A stretch of 63,204 nucleotides of DNA, counting the filler, from Octopus bimaculoides (lineage: Eukaryota): assembly GCF_001194135.2 (NCBI RefSeq). It is 9 parts of 8 records of this genome, joined end to end, with 100 filler letters (N's around TTAATTAATTAA, not from the genome) between each part and the next. Parts side by side here need not be neighbours in the genome. Positions count along the whole stretch, not along the records: positions 7,289 to 13,127 come from NC_068982.1; positions 13,228 to 28,555 come from NC_068982.1; 7 more parts are not named here. One strand, 5' to 3'. This document shows positions 11,251-23,520 of the stretch, one piece after another. Every line of letters starts with the position of its first letter. Positions within the stretch are counted from its first letter, which is position 1. A program made the position numbers and the translations under genes. The notes under the pieces were generated by a model. That model had not been told where the DNA came from, searched no databases, and saw nothing but the letters and a program-made list of their open reading frames with translations.

Positions 11251-12175
11251 AATCATTTCACTGACTAACCACTGCCCTTCAAAATTACTAGCCTTGTTCT
11301 TAAATTAGAAGCCAGTACGACAAGTGCTACAACTAACTCTACTCTCAGTACCATCACCGATACTACCACATCTGTAACAATCACTACTGCTGCCTATGCA
11401 ACCACTCCTAGTGCTACAACTGACACCATATACACAACTACTTGACCACTACAATGATTATTGCCTTAAGTGGTAGTAAGTTAAATACCGTAGTCAAGCA
11501 CAAGGTTCGTTTCTGTCACCGCTACCACCACCATCACCACACCACCACCACACCACCACCACCACCTCCACCGCCNNNNNNNNNNNNNNNNNNNNNNNNN
11601 NNNNNNNNNNNNNNNNNNNNNNNNNNNNNNNNNNNNNNNNNNNNNNNNNNNNNNNNNNNNNNNNNNNNNNNNNNNNNNNNNNNNNNNNNNNNNNNNNNNN
11701 NNNNNNNNNNNNNNNNNNNNNNNNNNNNNNNNNNNNNNNNNNNNNNNNNNNNNNNNNNNNNNNNNNNNNNNNNNNNNNNNNNNNNNNNNNNNNNNNNNNN
11801 NNNNNNNNNNNNNNNNNNNNNNNNNNNNNNNNNNNNNNNNNNNNNNNNNNNNNNNNNNNNNNNNNNNNNNNNNNNNNNNNNNNNNNNNNNNNNNNNNNNN
11901 NNNNNNNNNNNNNNNNNNNNNNNNNNNNNNNNNNNNNNNNNNNNNNNNNNNNNNNNNNNNNNNNNNNNNNNNNNNNNNNNNNNNNNNNNNNNNNNNNNNN
12001 NNNNNNNNNNNNNNNNNNNNNNNNNNNNNNNNNNNNNNNNNNNNNNNNNNNNNNNNNNNNNNNNNNNNNNNNNNNNNNNNNNNNNNNNNNNNNNNNNNNN
12101 NNNNNNNNNNNNNNNNNNNNNNNNNNNNNNNNNNNNNNNNNNNNNNNNNNNNNNNNNNNNNNNNNNNNNNNNNNN

Positions 12176-12378
12176 GACAAGGATTCTGGATTACTTTTCC
12201 GTTTTTTTTACTCCTTAATTTTTGAAAGTGGCCAGGTTTATTTTTAGAATTCTCGTTTGTGAGAGCAGTCAAGTTCATTTCAGATATTCTCATTTTAAAA
12301 ATGATCTCCGGCTAATCATTGAGAGTTTGTTGGTGTTGCCCTGGTGGAGGTTTGCACTCCCTGAGTGCTCTTATTTCT
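12176..12378 (+). mobile_element. 3' end of a Helentron-associated (HINE/DINE-1-like) non-autonomous element
   Basis: Subterminal motif CTGGTGGAGGT (12341-12351) is followed by the hairpin GCACTC-CCT-GAGTGC (12354-12368) and a T-rich end, the architecture known for HINE 3' ends. The 5' part is lost in the N-gap. Confidence 0.55.
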
Positions 12379-12667
12379 AACTGCTTTTTGCTTTTGTTTT
12401 TCTTTGGAATCTTAATATTTCAAAGTAAAGCATTATTCATATTACTATTTACCATTATGTTCATACGGAATATCACTGCTGGTGAGTACTGTTGACGATA
12501 TATCTATATATATAACTATACTGTTTGACACACTTCTGTACATATACTCTGTGATATATTTATCCAGTTATATTCCTTGATACACCTATATAGATACGCT
12601 TCTCAATACTCTTATATAGATATTCTTCTTGATATATAGATGTATTTATTTCTTGATACTCTTATAT

Positions 12668-12854
12668 ATGAAGCGGGGCAGATACTTTCCTGGTGTCACG
12701 AAAGGCCTGGATGAAGGCCGGATCTTTTGAGTTCTTTTACAGGGTAATAGAAAAACTGCAATAAGCATGTGAGTCTGAGAGGGGAATATGTGGAATAAAA
12801 TCATAATTACCTGATTCTCTTGATCCTCCAAGAACTTTTCAGCCCCGCCCCCTG
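12668..12854. mobile_element. mariner-derived MITE
   Basis: Diverged TIRs TA|TGAAGCGGGGCAGATACTTTCCTGG and CCAAGAACTTTTCAGCCCCGCCCCCTG|TA, with TA flanks. Confidence 0.65.
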
Positions 12855-13074
12855 TAAATATGCTCTTTGATACACTTATATAGAGATATCCCATGTTACT
12901 GTCATATATGTATATATTACTTACTGATCCATCCATCCATCCATCCATCCATCCATCCAAAATTGAATAAATAGAGTCAACAGGAAGGGAGTACATTTCT
13001 GCCAGCTCGCTGCCTTTATATCTGTGTGTGTATATATATATATCTGTGTGTGTACATATATATCTGTGTGTGTG

Positions 13075-13127
<53 letters not shown>

Positions 13128-13227
13128 NNNNNNNNNNNNNNNNNNNNNNNNNNNNNNNNNNNNNNNNNNNNTTAATTAATTAANNNNNNNNNNNNNNNNN
13201 NNNNNNNNNNNNNNNNNNNNNNNNNNN

Positions 13228-13290
<63 letters not shown>

Positions 13291-14569
13291 CATAAATAGA
13301 TAGATACATTGATAGATAGATAGAGAGAGAGAGAGAGATTGAGAGAGAGACACACACTCTCACAGATAGATATGTAAAGATCCACAAGACGCTGCCAATC
13401 ATTTTGTCCAATGCATTACTGATTAGGACAGTGCAATTATCTACACAGACACGCAAGCACACACTGACACGCAAACGCAAACTTTGCACACACACGCATA
13501 CCATACACACAAACACACACACACATGCATATAATTATGTTTGTGTGTGTGCGTGAGCGTAAGTATGTATACAGATATGTGTAGTATAATATATGGGTTC
13601 ATTGAGTCGTGTGGCAATCAGAGATAGCTCTTCTAGCGGACTCGTCTAACAGACAGCACGGTGATATAATACAGTGGAGTGAATCGCAGAGTCACGTGCA
13701 GCTGGAATCCAGGACATACGATCGATGAAATTATTTCATGGGAAATAATACAAACCACAAAAATTCAGCCCATATGAGAAGTGGATATATTTATTTAACC
13801 ACTTGTGATCCTCATCTCTAGAGTCGTTACGTAGCCTTCTTTGATGTTATAATAATTCCAAAGTGTACTAAATTAGGTTTAAACGAGTGCGCTAATATGC
13901 TTTCTATGCATTAAACAATACAATTGGTTATTTGCAATGTGAAGAACGAAAACTTTACGAGACCACATGAGTTTCCTGGTTGCGCCAACGATTCAGTTCA
14001 TGTATATGCGTGTATATATGTGTGTGTGGGTATGTGTGTATGTATATATATATATATATATATATACACACAAGCATACATACTTGTGATTCACACATAT
14101 ATCTACACATTAGCACACTCGTAAACCACCACACGAATGTGTGTGAGTGAGTTTGTGTGACTGTGTGTGTATGTGCGCGTGTATATGTATGGGTGCGTGT
14201 GCATTCATGTGTGTGTGTGTGTGTGTGTGTGTGTCTCTGAGTTGATAAGTTATGGTGGCCAGTTGGTGAAATTCTAGCTGATCCGTGGTGGAACCTACTT
14301 CAAATTTTACATTCCCGACTGAACAAGGTTTCTAGTATATATTTCTTTCTAGGTTGATCCTTGTTGTATACCTCCTTTGTGTCACAACAGTTTCCTTGGC
14401 ATATTTCCTCAGAATGTTCTAAATGTTTATCAAAGAAATATAAAACATAATCTATGAAAAAAATTAAAAACAACACGCCTCTTAATTTTACAAACATATA
14501 AGCCTTTCTCTTTCACTTGATATGTGAAGCGGTTTGCATGATCGTATATATATATATATATACACAGAT

Positions 14570-14603
14570 GGATAGATAGATAGATACATAGATAGATAGA
14601 TAT

Positions 14604-14655
<52 letters not shown>

Positions 14656-14760
14656 GCATATAAAGAGATACATAGATAGATAGGTAAATATATATATATA
14701 TATATACATATAGATATAGATACAAATAGATAGAAAGATAAATAGATAGATAGATATATA
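14570..14760. repeat. (TAGA)n tetranucleotide microsatellite
   Basis: Directly visible. Similar (TCTA)n tracts lie at 31300-31390 and 41748-41795. Confidence 0.9.
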
Positions 14761-15894
14761 CACAGCTATGTATGTACGTATGCATATCTTTACGCATACT
14801 CACACTTCTCCGTTTTCCTCATAATAGTGATTTATTAATTAGCACGAAAATCGCACGCAAATACTTACATGCACACTCAACTACATACGTTAGCTCATAT
14901 ACTCAAAGAGCCTCCACAGAAACTATATTTCTTCCTCTTAGTCATAAATACACACAGAAGCAAAACCAGACACCAATAGACACACTAACACGTAAACATA
15001 CACGCACGTATGCTTACATATACACACACATATATACAAATATATATTCGTGCCCGGATATTCTAAAAGCAGACGTTTTATTAAAATACAACAGAAGAAT
15101 AAAAAAAGATGCGGAAAAAAAACCAACAAACATTGGTGTCTATCTATAAAATATAAAACACTGAAATTTGGTAGTGTTGAAAAATTGCCAATATTTAGCA
15201 GCTCTCCATTTCCTTTGCCGTTATGAATTCACTAGAGTATAGAAATTGAGATAGTATTACTTTTAGAATATAATGCTTACCAACCATTTTCAATTTAATG
15301 ACTGTCCGGGCGGCCATTTACAAAGACTTTCTCATAACCACTGTCTTATGCCATCAAAATGTCTCATAGTTTTATTTGACTAATCAACGGCATTATTTAT
15401 TTTACAATTTGTGTTTTTTTTCTTCTTTTTTTTTTTATCACGTCTGGGAAAACTATTTATTGGTCTTGTAATTTAATAAATATGTGACTTGTTTTGTTAA
15501 GTAGTCGAACAGTAATAAAGTATTACTGATTTCTTATTTCTACAAAGTGGCTTGATATAGGAGAAATAGCGTACTCTGAGCAACCCGATTTATTAGTAAG
15601 TTAAGATTAGTAATAATGAATCGTTTATTACTATAACGATGCATCCATTCATATAAGCATATTATATTACCATATCTCCATTTATCTTTTTTCTAGTATC
15701 AATTTACCTCTTTCTCTGTATCACTCGCACACGTTTTCATTCACGTTCACTGTCATATTATATATAAGTCCATCTCTCTGTTATATGTCTATATGCGTGC
15801 GTGGGTTAAAACGTTCATGTATATATATATATATGAATCTGCGGATGTGTGTGTGTGTGTAGGCAAACATATATACACACAAAGAAACTACACA

Positions 15895-15938
<44 letters not shown>

Positions 15939-18315
15939 NNNNNNNNNNNNNNNNNNNNNNNNNNNNNNNNNNNNNNNNNNNNNNNNNNNNNNNNNNNNNN
16001 NNNNNNNNNNNNNNNNNNNNNNNNNNNNNNNNNNNNNNNNNNNNNNNNNNNNNNNNNNNNNNNNNNNNNNNNNNNNNNNNNNNNNNNNNNNNNNNNNNNN
16101 NNNNNNNNNNNNNNNNNNNNNNNNNNNNNNNNNNNNNNNNNNNNNNNNNNNNNNNNNNNNNNNNNNNNNNNNNNNNNNNNNNNNNNNNNNNNNNNNNNNN
16201 NNNNNNNNNNNNNNNNNNNNNNNNNNNNNNNNNNNNNNNNNNNNNNNNNNNNNNNNNNNNNNNNNNNNNNNNNNNNNNNNNNNNNNNNNNNNNNNNNNNN
16301 NNNNNNNNNNNNNNNNNNNNNNNNNNNNNNNNNNNNNNNNNNNNNNNNNNNNNNNNNNNNNNNNNNNNNNNNNNNNNNNNNNNNNNNNNNNNNNNNNNNN
16401 NNNNNNNNNNNNNNNNNNNNNNNNNNNNNNNNNNNNNNNNNNNCATGAAATAGAGGAATGCACGTACATTCCTATTGAGTAATTTTTTTTTCTAATTCAA
16501 CGCTACGATTTGACGCAAGTTTTAAAATATCAGCAAGAATGAAGATTTCCACCCACAATGGTTGACGAAACAAAGGAAACAAAATACAAGCCATATTGTA
16601 TGCTTCATAAGCCTTGTTGACACTGAAAAATCGATGTAAACAAACATATGTATAATAATTCATGGGGTGCAAGCAGAAGAACGGCAGTTCATTAGAACGA
16701 GCTAAAAATGAACAGAAATGATACTGTTTACATTCTCGTTCTTCTGCCGGACTCCATGTATTACCATAAGCTTGACAGACATCAGCACACCACAGAAAAT
16801 AATTTGTTTGCTGTTTTATTCAAACAAGGGCCTATACTTTTCTTAGATGATCCGTCAGGGGTAGAATTGGTGAGAACACATCACATACGGCTGAACGATC
16901 GCATTGTGTTAAAGTCCCTTTCCACCGGTGAATTGCGTATTCTATGAATAGTTATAATCTAATAGGAAATCTCCGATGAAGGAAATAGCAGCGACCAGAT
17001 ATTTATATTCAAATCTGTCAGGAGATATTGAAAATGGATGAATACGTTATTGCTGAATGTTCTGGAATCTTTCGATAGATCCAACGGACTTCATAAAAAA
17101 AATTAATAAATTGACATACACACAAATGACCTTTGACACAGTTATGCACTCCAATAAACACACACATAGAGGCACACGCTCACACACTCATACACACATA
17201 TGCACAATCAGAGGCACACAGACACAGACAGACACAATCACACACACAAACACACTAACACACATACATACACAGAGGAACTTAAGCGAGAACTCGTGGT
17301 GCATTAATCTGTGGCTGCTTGATAATCAATCAGCATGGAAATGTAATGAAGTAATTCCAGATTTTGGGACAGTACTCTTTTCTAGTGGCGAGAAAACGGA
17401 TGTTGACTTAAGTCGCATCATATGCATGTTACGGACGATTTCGAGAAGTGTTATGGCTAGAGTGCCAACGACGCATAAAACTATGAGTCAAAGGCAAATA
17501 ACATTCAGCAGGAGTATTCTCCGTTTTGATTCAGCTTGCCAAGATATACGGTGCCGTTTGCAGCATTTACGATATGTAAGGAATATTTCACAGCAGAACA
17601 TACCTTTAAATAATACGTCGTGCAACGCAAAAATATGTCAAGTGCTATGTCAAACCTCCTAATGTCACTGGGGCACAGACCGGAGGTTTGATACATTAGC
17701 AGGACTCGATGATCCTCAAGGATTCGCTATTCTTGGAAGTAAACTGAAATCCGGAATGCAGGATTGATGATATGTATAATCCTATGTAAGACATGTGATC
17801 AAACGATATCTTAGTAAGCAGGAGCCATTATTGACACTACATGCTATAGAGAATGACTAGAAATGACAAAGATGTACAATAACGAATAAGTATTTATTAC
17901 ACACAAGAATTGCAGACAACATCTATGAAACACTTAACAAAACAAAAGAAGTTCTACGGCAAAATATTTGAAGTAAATAATCTATAGTATTCCGAAGCAA
18001 TTGTCTAACAATAATTCTGATCAAATGTCATACGAAAACGTGAAATATCGTGTATGAATATGCTTCATTATATATTTGAAATAATAGCCAAACGCAAAAA
18101 AAAACGAAAGAAAAAATATTAAGATGTTATAACCGTTTTCAAGGAATTGCCAAGCAGTAGTATATTTCTCTATATTTATGCGTATGCATATATCTACTTA
18201 TACAGACACACATGCATATATACATACATAAAAAAAACACACACACACACAAGCACACACATACACACACATCCGCACACACACGCAAGCACACACACAC
18301 AGACACAGACACACA

Positions 18316-18360
<45 letters not shown>

Positions 18361-18946
18361 CCACACACATGCGTAACTGGGAGTTTCGACGCCTCTAATA
18401 AATCTCGTCAGATAAACATGTAAAGCAAACTGCATTCTGACTCTAATGTCATATGCACTGAAGTCTAGCCTGAGATATAATTAATTCATAAAGCACTTAC
18501 TTTATCCAATCATGGGGTGGCTTTTGCTCCATATTTTACGTTTTAGACCTACATAACAGTATTTATGGCATTACATACATACGTACATATATAATTCCAT
18601 ATGTACATGTACACGCACATGCGCATATAAGTGTACTAATTTTAAGATGGAAATGTTTAGTAATTCGAAGTTTCGGTTTCTTCCTTTTTATTGCACCTTT
18701 GTTGACGATGTGTACGCAGAAACCTTGGTGCGAATTTTAAACTTAAACCTGTAAACATTCATAATCATCTACCCACTTAAAACATATCGCGTATTTTTCA
18801 GTTCAGTACTGAAATATCGATAGAAACAAATGGACAATTACGCAAATATTCAATTATACATACATACATACAAACATACATAGATACCACACATACATAC
18901 ATACATACATACATACATACACACACAAACACACACACAAACACAC

Positions 18947-18978
<32 letters not shown>

Positions 18979-19357
18979 NNNNNNNNNNNNNNNNNNNNNN
19001 NNNNNNNNNNNNNNNNNNNNNNNNNNNNNNNNNNNNNNNNNNNNNNNNNNNNNNNNNNNNNNNNNNNNNNNNNNNNNNNNNNNNNNNNNNNNNNNNNNNN
19101 NNNNNNNNNNNNNNNNNNNNNNNNNNNNNNNNNNNNNNNNNNNNNNNNNNNNNNNNNNNNNNNNNNNNNNNNNNNNNNNNNNNNNNNNNNNNNNNNNNNN
19201 NNNNNNNNNNNNNNNNNNNNNNNNNNNNNNNNNNNNNNNNNNNNNNNNNNNNNNNNNNNNNNNNNNNNNNNNNNNNNNNNNNNNNNNNNNNNNNNNNNNN
19301 NNNNNNNNNNNNNNNNNNNNNNNNNNNNNNNNNNNNNNNNNNNNNNNNNNNNNNNNG

Positions 19358-19743
19358 CGTAAGTGTCCGACGGTCCCAACATGAAAGTTTTGGATTTCTT
19401 TCAAAGTTTTATTTTGACAAGGAGGTTTGTTTCCCTCTTTCTCAAAGGCTGTCATTACTTTCGAGACAGTACTTCTTGAAACCCCAAACATTTCGGCTGT
19501 TTTCATTACGCTAGCGCCTGCCCTCTTTGAAAGTCCGATAGATCTGTCATTTTAATGACTTTTAATTACATTTTTCTGATGATATCTGAAAAGAAACAGG
19601 AATTTTAGCAAAACATATTAAGCAACACTAAAAATAAATAAATAAAAAAACATAAAAGTAAACAAGCTTTTGACGGTTTTATAGATATTTGAAAATGATG
19701 ATGCTATGATGCTAGGTGCTTCCATTATTTTGTCCAACCCTTG
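19358..19743 (-). mobile_element. Tc1-family transposon, 5' TIR and N-terminal HTH relic
   Basis: The minus strand reads MTDLSDFQRGQ...(frameshift/deletion)...AGASVMKTAEMFGVSRSTVSKVMTAFEKEG from ATG at 19550. A TIR-like CAAGGGTTGGACAAAATAATGGAAGCACC lies at 19715-19743; the rest is in the N-gap. Confidence 0.85.
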
Positions 19744-20677
19744 TGCACACACACACACACACACATGCACACACACAGGGTGCGGTGAATAAACTGGGAT
19801 GAATAGTTTGTTTATACTATACTACGATAATGTGTTTTAGAAGTAATACAGAGAAATGTTATAATATTGTCATTATTAGGATTTAAATGGGTTAGGATAT
19901 AATTTCCGTTGTTCTAAGAAAAAGTATTAGTTATGTAAAGTTATTTGGTATATAAAAAGCCAATTTTGTACTTATGAGATACAAAAAGAAAAAAAAAATT
20001 AACAGGTGGTGTAGTCTTATATTTCTTTGGGTCATAATATGAGTAGCTAGTAATCTCCCTTTGTTCATATGGCTAAATTGGAAACGTCTATTTCATATAA
20101 GCTTCTTTGGATCAGGATTTTTTTTCTGTGTGCCTTTTTTGAGTGTTTTGTGTTTATAGATTTTGTTAGTATACTACGTAAAATTCAGAAAAAAACATTA
20201 TGTAGTAGAGCGGTTTTCACATATGAACACTTAAGTACCTACATAACGTTTTCAGTTATATCTTCATTTTATACAAATTGTCATTATATTTAAAGTGAAA
20301 AATAATGTCAGCAATGCGTTAATCTTTTATGCATAACTGTAGTAGATCAAGCTGCAATAGGCCGCCTAATTTGTTCTAACGGCAAGAGAATTATCCGCAC
20401 CAAAATTTTGCTGCATATTTCGAGCTCTTCGAATTATTTCACTACCATATTACACTTGGCTGATGCCAGGTTTCTAGCACCAGGCACATAGTTTTTCTCT
20501 GTTTATTTATTTATTCATTTATCTATTTTTGCTTTACTTTGGAAGTGGGTGTTGAAAATTATACCAGTAATGAAAAATTACTACGTAATTCAGGAAGGCT
20601 TATTTTTAAAGTCTTATTTGTTCCGGCATGTATTTGTTTGAAGCTATTAATGTAACGGCAATTTTCCACTCTTTTGG

Positions 20678-20890
20678 CAAACTGGCAGAATCACTCGCAC
20701 GCCGAGTATATGCATAGCGATCGTTGGTCCGTCTTTATATTCAAAGCTGAAATTTCGCCGAGCTCAACTTCGCCTTTCATCATTTGGCGGTGTATAAAAT
20801 AAGTACCACTTTGACGCTGGGGGGTGGGTGATGGATGTTACCGACATACCCCTCCTCCGTAATTACTGGCCTTGTGTCAAACGTTGATGA
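20678..20890 (+). mobile_element. SINE family A, decayed copy
   Basis: GGCAAACTGGCAGAATC...CGCCTTTCATC...AAAATAAGTACCAC...ACTGGCCTTGTGTCAAA. Confidence 0.75.
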
Positions 20891-22442
20891 GTATATTGAC
20901 AGTATCGGAATGTTTGGTGTATCTTCAATGTCTATACGCTTCCATGCATACAGAAATAAGCACACACATAAACATATCGTTTTCATAAGTTGTGTATATA
21001 CATACATGTACAAACCTGTGTTGCAATAGTGTTATTCATGCTTAATTTCTATAAAATGTTTTTTGCCATTGGTAATAATTGCTTGTATAAGAACAACTCA
21101 TAGTATTATATCGTATTATCAATATTGCTCTGAAACGCAAGAAATGTATTAGCAAGACAATTTAGTGCAAACACACACATACATGTAAATAATCGCACGA
21201 AATACGTATGTGCACTTATAGCACGCACAGTTATGCATATAGTGCCAGCAGGTAATTTATTTTGCTCTGCAACATCTTTCTGCAATAGATTACGTGATTT
21301 AAACGTTTAGCCAAGTATGCACATACTCATATACATTCCTGAATATGCTATATGAATATATATGTATATTCGCGCGCGCGCGTGTGTGTGCGAATGTATG
21401 TATGTATATACAGTATTAGTACTGTCTTTGTTCTAATATTATTAATTTTCTTTGGAATTTGGCACTTGTGTTGATAGAATGTATATATGTGATGTGTTAA
21501 AGCTGCTTTTATTCTCTTCGTAGAGTCTGTCCTGATTTTAAATTATTTCAGCTTCCACATCATTATTTTACATCGCTTCTGTGATTTTTCTAGTTATTGA
21601 ACCTTGTGGTTGTGTTTATTTCATAACTGTCCATTAATCCATCGAGTGTATTTATGAGAAGTGTTCACAATAGAATGCTTCATTACAATTTCGCTGGAGA
21701 TTTCTGTTTTTTATTACATTATGCATCATCTTAGTTGGTGGTAAACTTCATATTCAGTCCTACGAATAATGTAGTATATACGGTGCCTCTTGTTTTCTGT
21801 AACTCTTCTATATACCAAGCATTAATGACACCAGCTTCTTTTAAAAAACACGTCGTATCTTTTTACCGATTTGCTCTGAGAATGTCCGGTGGTTTTACTA
21901 ATAAATCATGTTCTCTAACATTTATGTCATATTAATTCTAAAATTAGTTTCTTGTAAATATTCCTAAATAGCTAATCTTTTTTCACACCTGGTCTGACAT
22001 TGACAAATCCTGTAGCAGCCTATGAATTGTAACTCTCGTAAGTTTAGAATACTTTGATTGTTTCCAAAATTTATATTGTAGTATGTTCATGAATTCACTG
22101 CAGTATGAGAAGCGTCGGTGTTCATGAGTCAGTCAGTCTATTTTCTTACACGTTGACAATATCGTCTTGGAGATTTCCGGGGAATTGGATGGTGTGCATA
22201 ATAGCTGTGTAATGTTTGCAAAGCTAGCAGAGTTGTCAATCTCATGATACCTTGATACATTTGCTTTCAGGTATTTCCTTGAATAAATTCTTCTTTTATG
22301 TTGCGTAAGTTGCGGAAATAATTTTCAAGAATGAATTCTTTTGCAGAATATGCTTGGTGTTTTCGGTCGTCTTTTGTCGGAAAGTTCAAAATAGTGACCG
22401 GGCTCAGTCGATAATTGGAAATTCATTTGCTATTTTGGACTA

Positions 22443-22915
22443 CAGTGTGCGGAAAAATGATCTGACATATTTGTAGGTTTCATAAAAGCAAAATAAAGTA
22501 AAAAATGAAAAATGTGATTTTATTTTCGAAATGTACATATGCCATTTTCTTTAATTTGGTTTTAAAAATTAAATCTGTCAAGTGAGTGCCGTTACTGTCC
22601 ACACACGCTCGAAGGCGTTCACAACAGTTGTCCATGACTCGACGGGTCATTTCATGTGGAATGGCAGCAATTTTTTCACGAATTGTATCTTTTAATTGTT
22701 CAATAGATCGAGGGCGATAAGTGTATACCTTTCATTTCAGGAATCCCCGCAAAAAACATCACAAGGATTGAAATGAGGTGATCGGACGGGCCAACCGATA
22801 TCACCGCGCAACAAGATAAAATGACCGGGGAAAAACTCCCTCAAAATCCCCATCGCACGTCTAGAAGTGTGGGATGTTGGCCCATCTTGTTGCAACCGAA
22901 AATTGTCCCTTGTGT
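22443..22915 (-). mobile_element. DD41D (rosa-type) Tc1/mariner transposase C-terminal relic with 3' TIR
   Basis: LQQDGPTSHTSRRAMGILREFFPGHFILLRGDIGWPVRSPHFNPCD has 41 residues between the two Asp. After a frameshift it reads GFLK*KVYTYRPRSIEQLKDTIREKIAAIPHEMTRRVMDNCCERLRACVDSNGTHLTDLIFKT. A TA|CAGTGTGCGG end is at 22441-22452. Confidence 0.88.
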
Positions 22916-22932
22916 GCATTGATTGCTGTCAA

Positions 22933-23230
22933 TGCACACTAGCTAACTGCCCCATCCGTGACACAGAATTATGCCGACGGTTAAGTGTTGTCTATAGAAT
23001 ACAATGAACCAAATGCAACAAGTTCTATGTGGGTTGCACAACAAGACCGTTAGCAGATTTGCATACAAGAATATCTGAACATTAGAGTCTCCTCCGTTAG
23101 AAAATATCTAGACAGATGCCGGAACACCCTCAAAAGTATAACCGTCACAACTGAAGTTAATGAATGAAATTTGGGTAATCTAAGTATTAAGGAAGCTATA
23201 CTCATAGACAGACTGGGCATCAAATTAAGA
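22933..23230 (+). mobile_element. Penelope-like element (PLE), degenerate GIY-YIG endonuclease
   Basis: CTLANCPIRDTELCRRLSVVYRIQ*TKCNKFYVGCTTRPL..HTRISEH, then in a shifted frame SSVRKYLDRC...NLGNLSIKEAILI. It is a clear paralogue of 42335-42641. Confidence 0.82.
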
Positions 23231-23492
23231 ACAGGCTCGAGGATGGCAATCAATATATTAGTTAGTTACATATGGATGCGGGTAGGTTCGTTTTTTGAAT
23301 ACACATCTTAGAAGCAACACTGCAGATGTGCCAACACACACGTGCTTGAGACATAGCCGCTCTTACGCACTTCTCATGAGGAATTCCTGAAGAAACTTCC
23401 TTAGACAACTGCAGAGACGCTTCCGGAAAAAAAATTCAGTAACCGTTGGAAAAACCAATTATAGCAGTGTCTCTATCAATTCCTAGAGATAT

Positions 23493-23520
23493 CTGAAGAA
23501 GGAAGTATTGTATTCCGAAA
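23493..23520 (+). ncRNA. Candidate degenerate minimal hammerhead ribozyme core (PLE type)
   Basis: CTGAAGA-A-GGAA-GTATTGTA-TTCC-GAAA, i.e. CUGAnGA box, stem II and GAAA box, ~260 nt downstream of the PLE GIY-YIG relic on the same strand. Stems I and III are not clearly intact. Confidence 0.4.

Noticed and set aside
11290-11445. Thr/Ser-rich mucin-like reading frame
   Set aside because: It is short, has no splice signals or start, and is explained by decayed (ACT/ACC)n repeats common throughout the window.
13600-13730. E-box cluster (TCACGTGCAGCTG) and other single TF motifs (octamer ~4603, E2F/CCAAT-like ~40885, TCF-like ~53726)
   Set aside because: Short motifs are expected by chance in 63 kb; this cannot be supported without conservation or chromatin data.
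16708-16947. 79-aa + strand ORF in unique sequence
   Set aside because: No recognisable domain or convincing splice-site pair; the length is compatible with chance.
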